A DNA stretch of 64,000 nt from Bacteroidales bacterium (lineage in GTDB: Bacteria > Bacteroidota > Bacteroidia > Bacteroidales > F082). Positions 47,212 to 57,077 of the stretch are shown in pieces. Under the pieces are notes generated by a model. It had not been told where the DNA came from. It did not search any database and saw only the letters and a list, made by a program, of their open reading frames with translations. The first letter of the stretch is position 1, and each line of letters starts with the position of its first letter. Position numbers and translations under genes: made by a program. Location of the stretch: contig JAZOQH010000015.1 of NCBI GenBank assembly GCA_045655965.1, positions 212-64,211 of the forward strand, in the 5' to 3' direction.

Positions 47212-47219
47212 TAATTTTG
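47212..47219 (+). promoter_or_regulatory. -7 box TAATTTTG upstream of hemW
   Basis: Exact TAnnTTTG, only 4 nt before the ATG at 47224. Confidence 0.4.
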
Positions 47220-47223
47220 CAGT

Positions 47224-48372
47224 ATGGCTGGAATTTACATTCATACACCTTTTTGCAAAAGCAAATGCGCATACTGCAATTTCTTTTCATTGGCTTCGGA
47301 AAGCAAGATAAACGACTATGTCGAAGCATTGAAAAAGGAGATTGTCCTGCGCAAGAATTATCTCGGCGACGAGACAGTGAAGACCATATATTTCGGAGGA
47401 GGCACGCCTTCACTTCTTTCTGTTAAAAATATTGAGGAAATATTAGAACTTCTTAATAAAAATTATGAAATAATATCCAGTCCAGAAATCACCCTTGAGA
47501 TAAATCCAGACACCATCGACAGAGAGAAGATGTCGTATCTGAAACAGATTGGCGTCAACAGGATGAGTGTCGGGATACAGAGTTTCGACGACGATGATTT
47601 AAGATATCTCGGACGACGCCACGACTCCAAGCACGCGATGCAGGTCCTGGAAGATTTGAAACATACCGACTTTGAAAAAATCACCCTCGATTTGATTTAC
47701 GGAATGCCGACTCTGACAGAAGAGAAATGGAATAAAAACCTCGACATTTTCTTCACCACCGGCATCACTCATCTCTCGGCTTACGCCTTGACAGTAGAGC
47801 CTAAAACTATCTTAGGACAACGCATTGAAAAAGGTGAGTTACAAAGTGTTAGCGAAGAAGAAACGATACGTCATTATAATATTCTAGTCGAGAGGACAAA
47901 GGAAAACGACTTCGAACATTACGAGATTTCCAACTTCGCAAAAGAAGGATTCCGTTCACAGCACAACAGCATTTATTGGAGAGATGAGAAGTATCTCGGA
48001 CTCGGGCCTTCCGCTCATTCTTACGACGGAAACTCACGCCAATGGAACATCTCCAATCTCACGAAATACATTCAGTTAGTTGGGGACGAAGAGACACAGA
48101 GACGCAAAGACGCAGAGTCGTTTTATGAGAAAGAGATTTTATCAACAGAGGATAAATTCAACGAATATGTGATGACAAGTTTACGCACCTCATGGGGCTG
48201 CGACATCGAGAAGATAGAACGCGACTACGGAAAATCATACGCTCGTCATTTCTTAAAAAACATTAAGAAATATCTCGAAAATGGAGAAATGTTAAAAGAA
48301 AACAACACTTATTTCCTGAGTGAAGAAGGCAAACTTTTCGCCGACGGAATAGCAGCCGATTTATTTTTATAA
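47224..48372 (+). CDS. hemW: radical SAM heme chaperone HemW (HemN-like, oxygen-independent coproporphyrinogen oxidase family)
   Basis: YIHTPFCKSKCAYCNF (CxxxCxxC), GGGTPS, and the HemN_C-like end (…NEYVMTSLRTSWG…). Confidence 0.88.
   Translation: MAGIYIHTPFCKSKCAYCNFFSLASESKINDYVEALKKEIVLRKNYLGDETVKTIYFGGGTPSLLSVKNIEEILELLNKNYEIISSPEITLEINPDTIDREKMSYLKQIGVNRMSVGIQSFDDDDLRYLGRRHDSKHAMQVLEDLKHTDFEKITLDLIYGMPTLTEEKWNKNLDIFFTTGITHLSAYALTVEPKTILGQRIEKGELQSVSEEETIRHYNILVERTKENDFEHYEISNFAKEGFRSQHNSIYWRDEKYLGLGPSAHSYDGNSRQWNISNLTKYIQLVGDEETQRRKDAESFYEKEILSTEDKFNEYVMTSLRTSWGCDIEKIERDYGKSYARHFLKNIKKYLENGEMLKENNTYFLSEEGKLFADGIAADLFL
48085..48120. repeat. 8-nt array (acacagag/acgcaaag/acgcagag) inside the hemW CDS
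   Basis: gacgaagagacacagagacgcaaagacgcagagtcg, translated DEETQRRKDAES. The same word family occurs in the intergenic block at 18621-18650. Confidence 0.8.
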
Positions 48373-48452
48373 AGATGTAATACCTTATCTATTTTTTCTT
48401 AACTTTACACCCGAGAAAAAAGAGATTTACCAACATTTATAAATGTTTAGTT

Positions 48453-49172
48453 ATGAGTAAATTCCGTAGATTTACAACAATATTTTTTCTAATCATCGGC
48501 TTAATCATAGCTGCTTTTGAGTTTTATAGAACCATCGCTTACGCTGTCAACGCATCAATGAATCAGTTTTATTCCGGTTATTTATGGATGGGCGTCGGCT
48601 TTATCGTATATCTCATTTTCCACAGATTTATCTTCAGAAAAAACATCGACATCATGCAGACAATGTCGCACGAAGGCGCTCATATGCTCATAGGCGCTCT
48701 CTTCCTCAGAAGAAAAATCTATCAGTTCAACGCAAAGTCAGCCGACTCTCTTACATACGGCGACAACACTCTCGGTTTCGTGAGCAGCTCCAGAAGCAGC
48801 AACAGAATCAACATACTGTCAACACTGGCTCCTTATATGCTGCCTTACCTCACATTCTTGTTGCTCCTTTTCCGTCTCATGATTAAAAACGAATGCCTCC
48901 CAATCATAGACGTCGTGATAGGATTCTCTCTCATGTTCTATTTCTTATGCTGGAAAAAAGACACTCGCCGCGACCAAAGCGACATACGTCTCTGCGGCGT
49001 GTTTCTCTCATATCTTTACATCGCTACATTCCTGCTTTTCAATATATCATTGATAATCTATTCCGTAAGCGGCGGCATATCAGAACCAATGAATATCTTC
49101 GGAGCCATCGGACATTATTTCACACAAACATGGAACGACATTTTGATGCTCGTGGATTTAATTAGGAGTTAA
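48453..49172 (+). CDS. membrane protein with HExxH-like motif (putative zincin-like, DUF3267-type)
   Basis: 239 aa with about 5 TM helices and SHEGAHMLIG after TM2. The family call is tentative. Confidence 0.5.
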   Translation: MSKFRRFTTIFFLIIGLIIAAFEFYRTIAYAVNASMNQFYSGYLWMGVGFIVYLIFHRFIFRKNIDIMQTMSHEGAHMLIGALFLRRKIYQFNAKSADSLTYGDNTLGFVSSSRSSNRINILSTLAPYMLPYLTFLLLLFRLMIKNECLPIIDVVIGFSLMFYFLCWKKDTRRDQSDIRLCGVFLSYLYIATFLLFNISLIIYSVSGGISEPMNIFGAIGHYFTQTWNDILMLVDLIRS

Positions 49173-49179
49173 GAATGAA

Positions 49180-49230
49180 GTAGAGACGTTTCAATGTTTC
49201 CTTAAAAATTAATACACATTGAAGCGTCTT
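49180..49230 (+). repeat. palindromic element, GTAGAGACG…CGTCT family, copy 2
   Basis: gtagagacgtttcaatgtttccttaaaaattaatacacattgaagcgtctt. It lies 3' of CDS 48453..49172, in the same orientation relative to the upstream gene as copy 1. Confidence 0.85.
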
Positions 49231-49280
49231 ATCAATGGTGATTAGTCTTGAAAAAAATATTAACACAAATAAATAACAAA

Positions 49281-50918
49281 ATGAAAATTAAAAACTTAGT
49301 AATGATTTTGACTTTAGGTGCAGCTACAATGAGCTGTGCTAATTCTGCAAAAGAAGAAACAAAAACTAATTACGCTGACCTTACAAAGCAATATGCTAAG
49401 GTTCAATTGACTTCAGACATTTCTCATTTGTCAGACAATGAGAAACAAATGTTGAACTATCTCTATGAAATCGGCAATATCATGGATGATATCTTCTGGA
49501 CACAGAACTTCGGCGGTGACAAAGAAGCTTTCTTGAATTCAATTCAAGATCCAGACGCTCGTCTCTTCGCAGAAATCAACTACGGTCCATGGAATCACTT
49601 CGAAAACCTCGCTCCATTCCTTCCAGAATATGGCGCAATGCCAGCAGGCGCAGGCTTCTATCCAGCAGACATGACAAAAGAAGAATTCGAAGCATGGGAT
49701 AATCCTGACAAAACAAGTCTCTATACTTTAGTAAGACGCGATGAAAACGGCAAACTCCAAACAGTATGGTTCCACGAAGCTTATGCAGAACAAATCAACA
49801 AAGTCGCTGACTTGTTGAACAAAGCTGCTGACCTCGCTGGCGATGAAGAATTTGCTAACTACTTACGCCTCAGAGCTAAGGCTGTTTTGACAGACGATTA
49901 TTTCGAAAGCGACATGGCATGGATGGACGTCCGTAACAATAACGTTGACTTCGTTGTTGGTCCAATCGAAAATTATGTTGACGCTCTCTATGGTTACAAG
50001 GCAGCTCACGAAGCATTCATCTTGATTAAAGACCAAGCATGGAGCAAACAACTCGCTCATTACGCAGAACTTCTTCCATTGTTACAAACACAACTTCCAG
50101 TAGCAGAAGAATATAAAGCAGAAAAACCAGGCGCTGACGCTGACCTCGCAGTTTATGACGCTGTATTCTATGGCGGCGACTGTAACATGGCAGGCAAGAC
50201 TATCGCTATCAACTTGCCTAACGATGAACAAGTTCAACTTCAAAAAGGAACTCGTAAGTTACAGCTTAAAAACGCTATGAAGGCTAAGTTCGATCATATC
50301 CTCGTTCCTATCTCAGACGTCCTCATGACTCCAGAGTCACGCGAAAACGTCAAGTTCGAAGCTTTCTTCGCTAACGTTATGTTCCACGAAGTGGCTCACG
50401 GTATGGGTATCAAAAACACTCTCGATGGTCAAGGTACAGTACGTCACGCTCTTAAAGAACAATATTCAGCTATTGAAGAAGCTAAGGCTGACATCTTGGG
50501 TCTTTACTTAGTTACAAAGCTTTCAGAAATGGGTGAATATACTAATTCAACATTGGTAGAAAACTACACCACTTTCATGGCTGGTATCTTCCGTTCAGTA
50601 CGTTTCGGCGCTTCAAGTGCACACGGCAAAGCAAACATGTTAACATTCAACTTCTTGGAAAAAGAAGGCGCTTTCACACGTAACGAAGAGGGGATGTATG
50701 CTATCAACTTCGAAAATATGAAAGTCGCAGTCGCTAAACTCGGTGGCGAAATCCTCAAGGCTCAAGGTGACGGCAGCTACGAATTCGTTAAAGAATGGAT
50801 TGCTACAGATGGCGTTATCAAACCAACTCTCCAAGCTGACCTCGACAAAGTCAACGGCATGGGAATCCCTACAGACATCTATTATGAAATGTCACCAGAA
50901 CTTCTCATTGGAAGATGA
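49281..50918 (+). CDS. M49 / dipeptidyl-peptidase-3-like zinc hydrolase lipoprotein
   Basis: Lipoprotein signal MKIKNLVMILTLGAATMSC, with HEVAHGMG and EEAKADILG spaced as in bacterial DPP3-family proteins. I prefer the ATG at 49281 over the TTG at 49248. Confidence 0.75.
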   Translation: MKIKNLVMILTLGAATMSCANSAKEETKTNYADLTKQYAKVQLTSDISHLSDNEKQMLNYLYEIGNIMDDIFWTQNFGGDKEAFLNSIQDPDARLFAEINYGPWNHFENLAPFLPEYGAMPAGAGFYPADMTKEEFEAWDNPDKTSLYTLVRRDENGKLQTVWFHEAYAEQINKVADLLNKAADLAGDEEFANYLRLRAKAVLTDDYFESDMAWMDVRNNNVDFVVGPIENYVDALYGYKAAHEAFILIKDQAWSKQLAHYAELLPLLQTQLPVAEEYKAEKPGADADLAVYDAVFYGGDCNMAGKTIAINLPNDEQVQLQKGTRKLQLKNAMKAKFDHILVPISDVLMTPESRENVKFEAFFANVMFHEVAHGMGIKNTLDGQGTVRHALKEQYSAIEEAKADILGLYLVTKLSEMGEYTNSTLVENYTTFMAGIFRSVRFGASSAHGKANMLTFNFLEKEGAFTRNEEGMYAINFENMKVAVAKLGGEILKAQGDGSYEFVKEWIATDGVIKPTLQADLDKVNGMGIPTDIYYEMSPELLIGR

Positions 50919-50920
50919 AA

Positions 50921-51078
50921 ATTTTAGTGTAGAGTGTAGAGTTTAGAGTTTAGAGTTTAGAGTAGTTTGATTGTTATTAAGTGTAGAGTTTATAGTGTAT
51001 ATAGAATTCAATAAACTTTCCACTCCCGACTTCCCACTTTAAAACTACTCTACACTCTCCACTATAAACTATAAACAT
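50921..51078. repeat. inverted 7-nt arrays (gtgtaga/gtttaga … tctacac/tataaac), a long imperfect hairpin
   Basis: tagtgtagagtgtagagtttagagtttagagtttagagtagttt … aaactactctacactctccactataaactataaac. Confidence 0.9.
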
Positions 51079-51104
51079 TAACAATTTAAAATAAATATCA
51101 AAAA

Positions 51105-53327
51105 ATGAAAAAAACTTTCTTATTAGTAGCCCTCGCTATTTTCTCATTAGTGGGCAAAGTACACGCTGACGAAGGAATGTGGCTTCCTATGTTCGTAGAG
51201 CGTTTGAATTATGTTGACATGGAAAAGATGGGTCTTCAACTCACTCCTGAAGAACTCTACAGCATCAACAACAGCAGCTTAAAAGACGCTATCGTTGGTT
51301 TATCAGAAGGCGCAAGACCACGCGGTTTCTTCTGCACAGGTGAAATCGTTTCAGGCAAAGGCCTCATGTTCACCAACCACCACTGCGGTTACAACTCAAT
51401 CCAAAAACTCAGCACCGTTGAACACGACTATTTGACAGACGGTTTCTGGGCAAAAGACTTCAGCGAAGAACTTCCAGCAGAAGGCATCTCAGCATCTTTC
51501 TTAGTACGTATGGAAGACGTAACAGCTGAAATCTTCGGCGTTTTGAACGACACAATGAATTGGGACGAACGTAATGCTGCTATCGCTGCTAAAGCTAAAG
51601 AACTCGAAGCTGCAGCATCAGAAGATGGCAAATACAACCCAATCATCAAAGGTTTCTTCGAAGGCAACGAATATTATATGTTCGTATATAAAGTTTACAC
51701 AGACGTTCGTCTCGTTGGTACACCTCCTTCATCAATCGGTAAGTTCGGTGGCGACACTGACAACTGGATGTGGCCACGTCACACAGGCGACTTCTCAATC
51801 TTCCGCGTTTATGCTGGCGCTGATGGTGAACCTGCTGCTTACGCACCAGAAAACAAACCTTTAAATCCTAAACATCATCTTCCAGTTAGCTTAGACGGCG
51901 TTCAACAAGATGACTTCACAATGATTTGGGGCTTCCCTGGAACAACAGAACGTTACATGACATCTTTCGGCATCGACTATAACGTTGAATCATTCTACCC
52001 AACAATCCACGACATCTTCAAACTCCAAACAGATGTTATGGACGAATTCATGCAAAAAGACGCTTCTGTCAACATCATGTATGCTGACGACAAAGCTGGT
52101 CTCGCTAACACATGGAAAAACTTCGAAGGCCAAATGTTAATGCTCCGCAAAAACAAAGTAGCTGAAAGAAAAGCTGAACTCGAAGCTCAATTCACAGAAT
52201 GGGTTAACGCTGACGCAGCACGCGTTGAAGAATACGGCAACGTATTGAACACATTAGCTGAAAACTACGCAATGGCAGCTGAATTCACACCTTCTATCTA
52301 TTATCCTAACTTCGTTACACAAACTGGCGCTATCGCTATTGCTGCAGAATTCGCTCAATACGTAGCAGCAGCTCAAGGTAAAGATAAAGAAGCTATCGCA
52401 GCAGCTGAAGAAGCTCTCAAAGCTATCGACGCTGAAGCTTATTTCGCAGAAACATACAAAGCTTTAGAAGACAAGACTTTAGTTGAAATGTTAAAATTAT
52501 ACTACAACACTTTCAACGCTGAAGCAAATCCAGAATTCTACAACTTAGTTGAAAAAGAATACAAAGGTGACGTTGTTGCTTTAGCTAACGACATCTTAGA
52601 AAACTCTATCTTCGCATCAGCTGAATCAATCAATGCTTTCATCGCAAAACCTAACGCTAAGAAAGTTGAAAAAGACCCAGCTTACGTTGTATTAAACGCA
52701 ATGATAAGCCATATGATGGGCAACCTCGCTCCTTACCGTGCAGCAATGAAAGTTATCGACGAAAACAATCACTTATTCGTTAAAGGTATTCGCGAGTTCT
52801 ACGCTGAAACACAACCAGAAAAGAGCCTCTATCCAGACGCTAACTCATCATTACGTATGAGCTACGGTTCTGTTCAAGATTACCAACCAGCTGACGCTGT
52901 TCACTATGACTACGTATGTACAGCTAACGGTATCCTCGAAAAATATGTTCCTGGTGACTATGAATTCGACGTTCCACAAAGACTCCTCGACCTCATCGCT
53001 GCTAAAGACTTCGGTCAATATGCTGACGAAAACGGCGAGTTGATCGTTTGCTTCCTTTCAACAAACGACATCACTGGCGGTAACTCAGGTAGCCCAATCA
53101 TGAACGCTAGAGGCGAACTCATCGGCCTCGCATTCGACGGCAACTGGGAAGCTATGAGCGGCGACATCAACTTCGAACCAACATTACAACGTACAATCAA
53201 TGTTGACGCACGTTACGTATTGTTCGTAATCGACAAATTCGCTGGCGCAACAAACCTCATCGACGAATTGACAATCGTTAAAAGCGAACCTCAAGTTGAA
53301 ACAACAGAAGAAGTAGTAGCTGAATAA
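51105..53327 (+). CDS. S46-family dipeptidyl-peptidase (DPP7/DPP11 type)
   Basis: Signal peptide followed by DEGMWLP, then TNHHCG (His), a later Asp region, and GGNSGSP (Ser), the S46 hallmarks. Confidence 0.9.
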   Translation: MKKTFLLVALAIFSLVGKVHADEGMWLPMFVERLNYVDMEKMGLQLTPEELYSINNSSLKDAIVGLSEGARPRGFFCTGEIVSGKGLMFTNHHCGYNSIQKLSTVEHDYLTDGFWAKDFSEELPAEGISASFLVRMEDVTAEIFGVLNDTMNWDERNAAIAAKAKELEAAASEDGKYNPIIKGFFEGNEYYMFVYKVYTDVRLVGTPPSSIGKFGGDTDNWMWPRHTGDFSIFRVYAGADGEPAAYAPENKPLNPKHHLPVSLDGVQQDDFTMIWGFPGTTERYMTSFGIDYNVESFYPTIHDIFKLQTDVMDEFMQKDASVNIMYADDKAGLANTWKNFEGQMLMLRKNKVAERKAELEAQFTEWVNADAARVEEYGNVLNTLAENYAMAAEFTPSIYYPNFVTQTGAIAIAAEFAQYVAAAQGKDKEAIAAAEEALKAIDAEAYFAETYKALEDKTLVEMLKLYYNTFNAEANPEFYNLVEKEYKGDVVALANDILENSIFASAESINAFIAKPNAKKVEKDPAYVVLNAMISHMMGNLAPYRAAMKVIDENNHLFVKGIREFYAETQPEKSLYPDANSSLRMSYGSVQDYQPADAVHYDYVCTANGILEKYVPGDYEFDVPQRLLDLIAAKDFGQYADENGELIVCFLSTNDITGGNSGSPIMNARGELIGLAFDGNWEAMSGDINFEPTLQRTINVDARYVLFVIDKFAGATNLIDELTIVKSEPQVETTEEVVAE

Positions 53328-53328
53328 T

Positions 53329-53364
53329 TGAAATTCAGAAGTTCAAAATCTCAGAACTTCAGCA
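53329..53364. repeat. 8-nt array (aaattcag/aagttcaa/aatctcag/aacttcag)
   Basis: Seen directly after the S46 peptidase stop. Confidence 0.8.
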
Positions 53365-53370
53365 ATATGG

Positions 53371-53408
53371 AATAGGCGTGTCAAATAATATGACGCGCCT
53401 ATTTTTTT
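53371..53408 (+). terminator. rho-independent terminator of the S46 peptidase gene
   Basis: aataggcgtgtca…tgacgcgcctattttttt. Confidence 0.8.
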
Positions 53409-53482
53409 ATAAAAAAATCATTATCAGACAATAAAGTTAAATCAATGACGTTCGCTTTTTAAAATTTCAAAATATCTTAACC

Positions 53483-54088
53483 ATGAAAAAAATCTCTTTA
53501 TTATCAATTATCGTTTTGTCATTTGTGGCATTATTCACATCATGTAAAGAGGAACACAATGTTCCAGCATTTCCGGAGGAACTGACAAATTATTTCCCAT
53601 ATAAGGAAGGCGAGTCATTCTCATTCGTCTCTGAAGATAACGACACATTGACTTTCGTTTTAAAATATGAAAGTTTATCTCCTGATAACAGTCATACGCA
53701 GCCATTCTTTTCTATGGTCTCATGCGGAGGAGAAGATTTCGCTTGGATGAATAAGACCACTGATGCAACCACAGTTCCATATTGGGACGATAAAAAAATA
53801 GAAATTGAATTTGAAATGACAGCAAGTCAGACAACTCCAAAAGCTGAAGGAGGGCTGTCAATAGGTTTTTCTATAGAAAATGCAAATAAATATAACGGAT
53901 ATACTCATATCTCATATAGCAGACGATTTGAATGCAATCCTTTTGACGGCAACGTTAACTTGCATGTTGGAGATGAAATAGCCCTTTACGAAGCCGGATA
54001 TCAAGAAAGTTCTATAGCTATAGTAAAATGGAAAGAAGGTATTTTAAGCTTCAACTTCGACGGAAAGAAATGGAACGCTGTTAAATAA
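53483..54088 (+). CDS. hypothetical lipoprotein
   Basis: 201 aa with lipobox …ALFTSCKEE. No recognisable motif. Confidence 0.6.
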   Translation: MKKISLLSIIVLSFVALFTSCKEEHNVPAFPEELTNYFPYKEGESFSFVSEDNDTLTFVLKYESLSPDNSHTQPFFSMVSCGGEDFAWMNKTTDATTVPYWDDKKIEIEFEMTASQTTPKAEGGLSIGFSIENANKYNGYTHISYSRRFECNPFDGNVNLHVGDEIALYEAGYQESSIAIVKWKEGILSFNFDGKKWNAVK

Positions 54089-54135
54089 TCTGCAAAAAAA
54101 ACGTAAAAAAGGAATTACCCTATCGAATGATTTCT

Positions 54136-54143
54136 TAATTTTG
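54136..54143 (+). promoter_or_regulatory. -7 box TAATTTTG upstream of the PlsC-like gene
   Basis: Exact TAnnTTTG, 26 nt before the ATG. Confidence 0.5.
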
Positions 54144-54169
54144 TATCTTGAACGTAAAATTTAAAGATT

Positions 54170-55459
54170 ATGGCAAAAATTCAAGATGACAACAAATTAT
54201 ATACAATATTAAGACCTTTTGTAGATCATCATTTAAGGAAGTCATTTCGTCGTTATAAAGTTATCGGACAAGAGAACATCCCTCAGGATGGAGCTTGCAT
54301 CTTCGCTGCTAACCACACCAACACCTTGATGGACGCACTCGTGCTCCTCTCCATGAACAGCGAGAAAAAAGTGTTTATCGCAAGAGGCGACATCTTCAAG
54401 AAGCCTTTCATCGCCAAGCTCATGCACTTCTGCCGTATCCTCCCTATATATAGAATACGCGACGGTTTCAAGAGCGTTAAAGACAACAACTCAGAAATCA
54501 TCGACAAGGCAGCCGACGTCGTACATGACAGTGTAAAACTATTCCTCTACCCAGAAGGATCTCACAGAACAAAACACTCTTTGCGTCAATTGAGCAAGGG
54601 TATTTTCCATATAGCATTACAAGCCAACAGTCAGTTCGGCCACGAGAAACCAATCTATATTGTTCCAGCAGGCATCGAATACGGCGACTATTTCCGCTAT
54701 CGTTCCACAGCGCTTATCAACTTCGGTAAAGCTATCAACGTGACAGAATTCGTCAACCAACATAAAGACGAGAACGAAGCAGTCATCATGAACGGTCTCC
54801 GCGATATGTTGTCAGAACGTCTCTCAAAACAGATATCATTCATCCCTGACAGCGAAAATAACTACGAGGCAATATGGGAACTCACCAAGATAAAATCAGG
54901 ATTGAAAGGCAGCTTGGAATCACGTCTGGAACGTAACCAAGAAACAATAAAAGAAATCCTCGATTTCAAAGAAAAAGAACCAGAAAAAGCAGAAGAACTC
55001 TTCGAAAAAGTCAATAAGTTCATCAAGAAACGCAAGAAAAGCGGCATCTCTGTGACATCAGTAACAAAGGAAAAACCATGCCTCACTGCTTTATGGAAGA
55101 CATTAGTCACAATATTAGGACTTCCATTATACGCAGCCGCAGCTGTTTCAACGTTGCCTATATGGTTGGTCACAATGATATTGAAAAAGAACTTCAAAGA
55201 CAAGGCTTGGGGTAACACCATCAGTTTCGCTGTAGAGGCAATCTTGCATCCACTGATGATGATAACATGCATCGCATTGACATTCTGCAAACTCCCATGG
55301 GAATTTGCGTTAGCAAGCAGCGTCTTATACTATTTCTGCTATATGTATTTCGTCGATTTCAGCGAGTTCATCAGAAGATGGGCTTCAGATATAAGATGGT
55401 GTTTCAACAAGAAACTCAGAAAATCAAAACTACCTAAAATCAAAAGTTTCTTGAAATAA
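54170..55459 (+). CDS. PlsC-family (lysophospholipid/glycerol-3-phosphate) acyltransferase with C-terminal membrane region
   Basis: HxxxxD motif (ANHTNTLMDAL) and YPEGSH block. There are two or three C-terminal TM helices, and a TAATTTTG box lies 26 nt upstream. Confidence 0.8.
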   Translation: MAKIQDDNKLYTILRPFVDHHLRKSFRRYKVIGQENIPQDGACIFAANHTNTLMDALVLLSMNSEKKVFIARGDIFKKPFIAKLMHFCRILPIYRIRDGFKSVKDNNSEIIDKAADVVHDSVKLFLYPEGSHRTKHSLRQLSKGIFHIALQANSQFGHEKPIYIVPAGIEYGDYFRYRSTALINFGKAINVTEFVNQHKDENEAVIMNGLRDMLSERLSKQISFIPDSENNYEAIWELTKIKSGLKGSLESRLERNQETIKEILDFKEKEPEKAEELFEKVNKFIKKRKKSGISVTSVTKEKPCLTALWKTLVTILGLPLYAAAAVSTLPIWLVTMILKKNFKDKAWGNTISFAVEAILHPLMMITCIALTFCKLPWEFALASSVLYYFCYMYFVDFSEFIRRWASDIRWCFNKKLRKSKLPKIKSFLK

Positions 55460-55668
55460 GACATCAATGTAAAGTATCCCGTTATTTTAAAAAAATAATG
55501 GGATTTTTTCTTTAATACAGATAAAATATTTACTACTTTTGCGCGCTGAAAACGAGAGCCCATCTATTTAATTATTTAATATAAATATGTTTAATTATTT
55601 AATAAATATGAGAGTATATGGTCTTTAATTTTTTTATAATGAAGAAAATATTTTAAAAAATAAAGATT

Positions 55669-57063
55669 ATGAAAGTCATTCCTCATTACTCTTACATCAA
55701 GAAAAGACACATCTTGGAGATGGGTCGTGCCAACCTTATGGGCAAGCAATGGATTTCCGGCGTCCTTCTTATGCTAAGCGTCATCATCGCGATGTTGTTA
55801 GCCAACCTTCCTGGCACAAAAGAAATCTATCATTCAATTTTAGAGACCAGTCTCTCCATCTCTGTTAAAAGTCCACACGGCGACTCATGGATCTTCCCAA
55901 AAGACATGACCGTTGAGAAATTCATCAACGACATTTTGATGGTTGTTTTCTTCTTCGTAGTAGGTCTTGAAATCAAGCGCGAGATTGTATGCGGAGAATT
56001 GTCAAGTGTCAAGAAAGCCATGCTTCCTGTCATAGCAGCTATGGGCGGTATGCTTATGCCAGCTCTTATCTATTTCTGCGTTAATGGCGGCACAGACGCT
56101 GGCAGCGGATGGGGAATACCAACAGCCACCGACATCGCATTTGCAGTAGGTATCATGTCGATACTCGGCGACAGAGTACCAATCTCATTGAAGATATTCC
56201 TTACAGCACTCGCTATCGCCGACGACTTAGGCGCCATTTTGGTTGTAGCTTTCTTCTACGGCGGTGAAATAAACGGCTCTTTATTATTAGCAGCGATAGT
56301 ATTGATAGGCATCGTATACTTCCTCAACAAGATGGGTGAAAAACGTATGATATTCTATCTCATCCCAGCCGTCTGTGTATGGTTCTTGTTCTATTATGCA
56401 GGAATCCACGCTACAATGTCAGGCGTTGTCATGGCCATGATGATTCCTATGGATGCACGTTACAAACGTTCATACTTCGAGAGAAAGACAGCCAATTATC
56501 ATAGACTTATCGTAAAACACTCCGACGACGACATCTCTCCTAACGAAAACCAACGCACCTGTTTAAGAAACATCAGCCACGTTGCAAGAGGCACTGTCGG
56601 CATGAGCTATCGTTTGGAGCACGCCCTCAACCCATGGGTCAACTTCCTCATCATGCCAATCTTCGCCATCGCTAACGCCGGCGTTGAAATACCAGGTCTC
56701 GAATATCTCAACTTCTTCCAATATTCACCAGAACTCGGTTCTGTTGGTATCGGTATCTTCTTCGGATTGTTACTCGGAAAACCTATAGGCATCACCGTAG
56801 CAAGCTGGATCGCTATCAAATTGAAAGTGGGTGAAATGCCAGAAAACGCATCATGGAAGATGCTCTTCGCAGTGGCATGCCTCGGCGGTATCGGATTCAC
56901 AATGTCAATCTTCGTCGATACTTTATCATTCGGCGAACTCGCTCCTGAGATTACAAACAACTTACGTTCTTTAGGTAAGATTGCAGTCCTGGCTGCTTCA
57001 TTGTCAGCAGGTATCTTAGGAAGCCTCTTGATAACATTGTTTGCAAAGAAAGAAAATAAATAA
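55669..57063 (+). CDS. nhaA: Na+/H+ antiporter NhaA
   Basis: GWGIPTATDIAFAVG and ALAIADDLGAI (conserved DD) motifs, with about 12 TM helices. The start could be a downstream Met (M18 or M24). Confidence 0.9.
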   Translation: MKVIPHYSYIKKRHILEMGRANLMGKQWISGVLLMLSVIIAMLLANLPGTKEIYHSILETSLSISVKSPHGDSWIFPKDMTVEKFINDILMVVFFFVVGLEIKREIVCGELSSVKKAMLPVIAAMGGMLMPALIYFCVNGGTDAGSGWGIPTATDIAFAVGIMSILGDRVPISLKIFLTALAIADDLGAILVVAFFYGGEINGSLLLAAIVLIGIVYFLNKMGEKRMIFYLIPAVCVWFLFYYAGIHATMSGVVMAMMIPMDARYKRSYFERKTANYHRLIVKHSDDDISPNENQRTCLRNISHVARGTVGMSYRLEHALNPWVNFLIMPIFAIANAGVEIPGLEYLNFFQYSPELGSVGIGIFFGLLLGKPIGITVASWIAIKLKVGEMPENASWKMLFAVACLGGIGFTMSIFVDTLSFGELAPEITNNLRSLGKIAVLAASLSAGILGSLLITLFAKKENK

Positions 57064-57077
57064 AGAAGGATTTTATA

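Noticed and set aside
47132-47413. 93-aa minus-strand ORF and 69-aa plus-strand ORF spanning the GGGPS/hemW divergent region.
   Set aside because: They overlap the hemW start and promoter, and their cysteine/arginine-rich composition is typical of out-of-frame translation.
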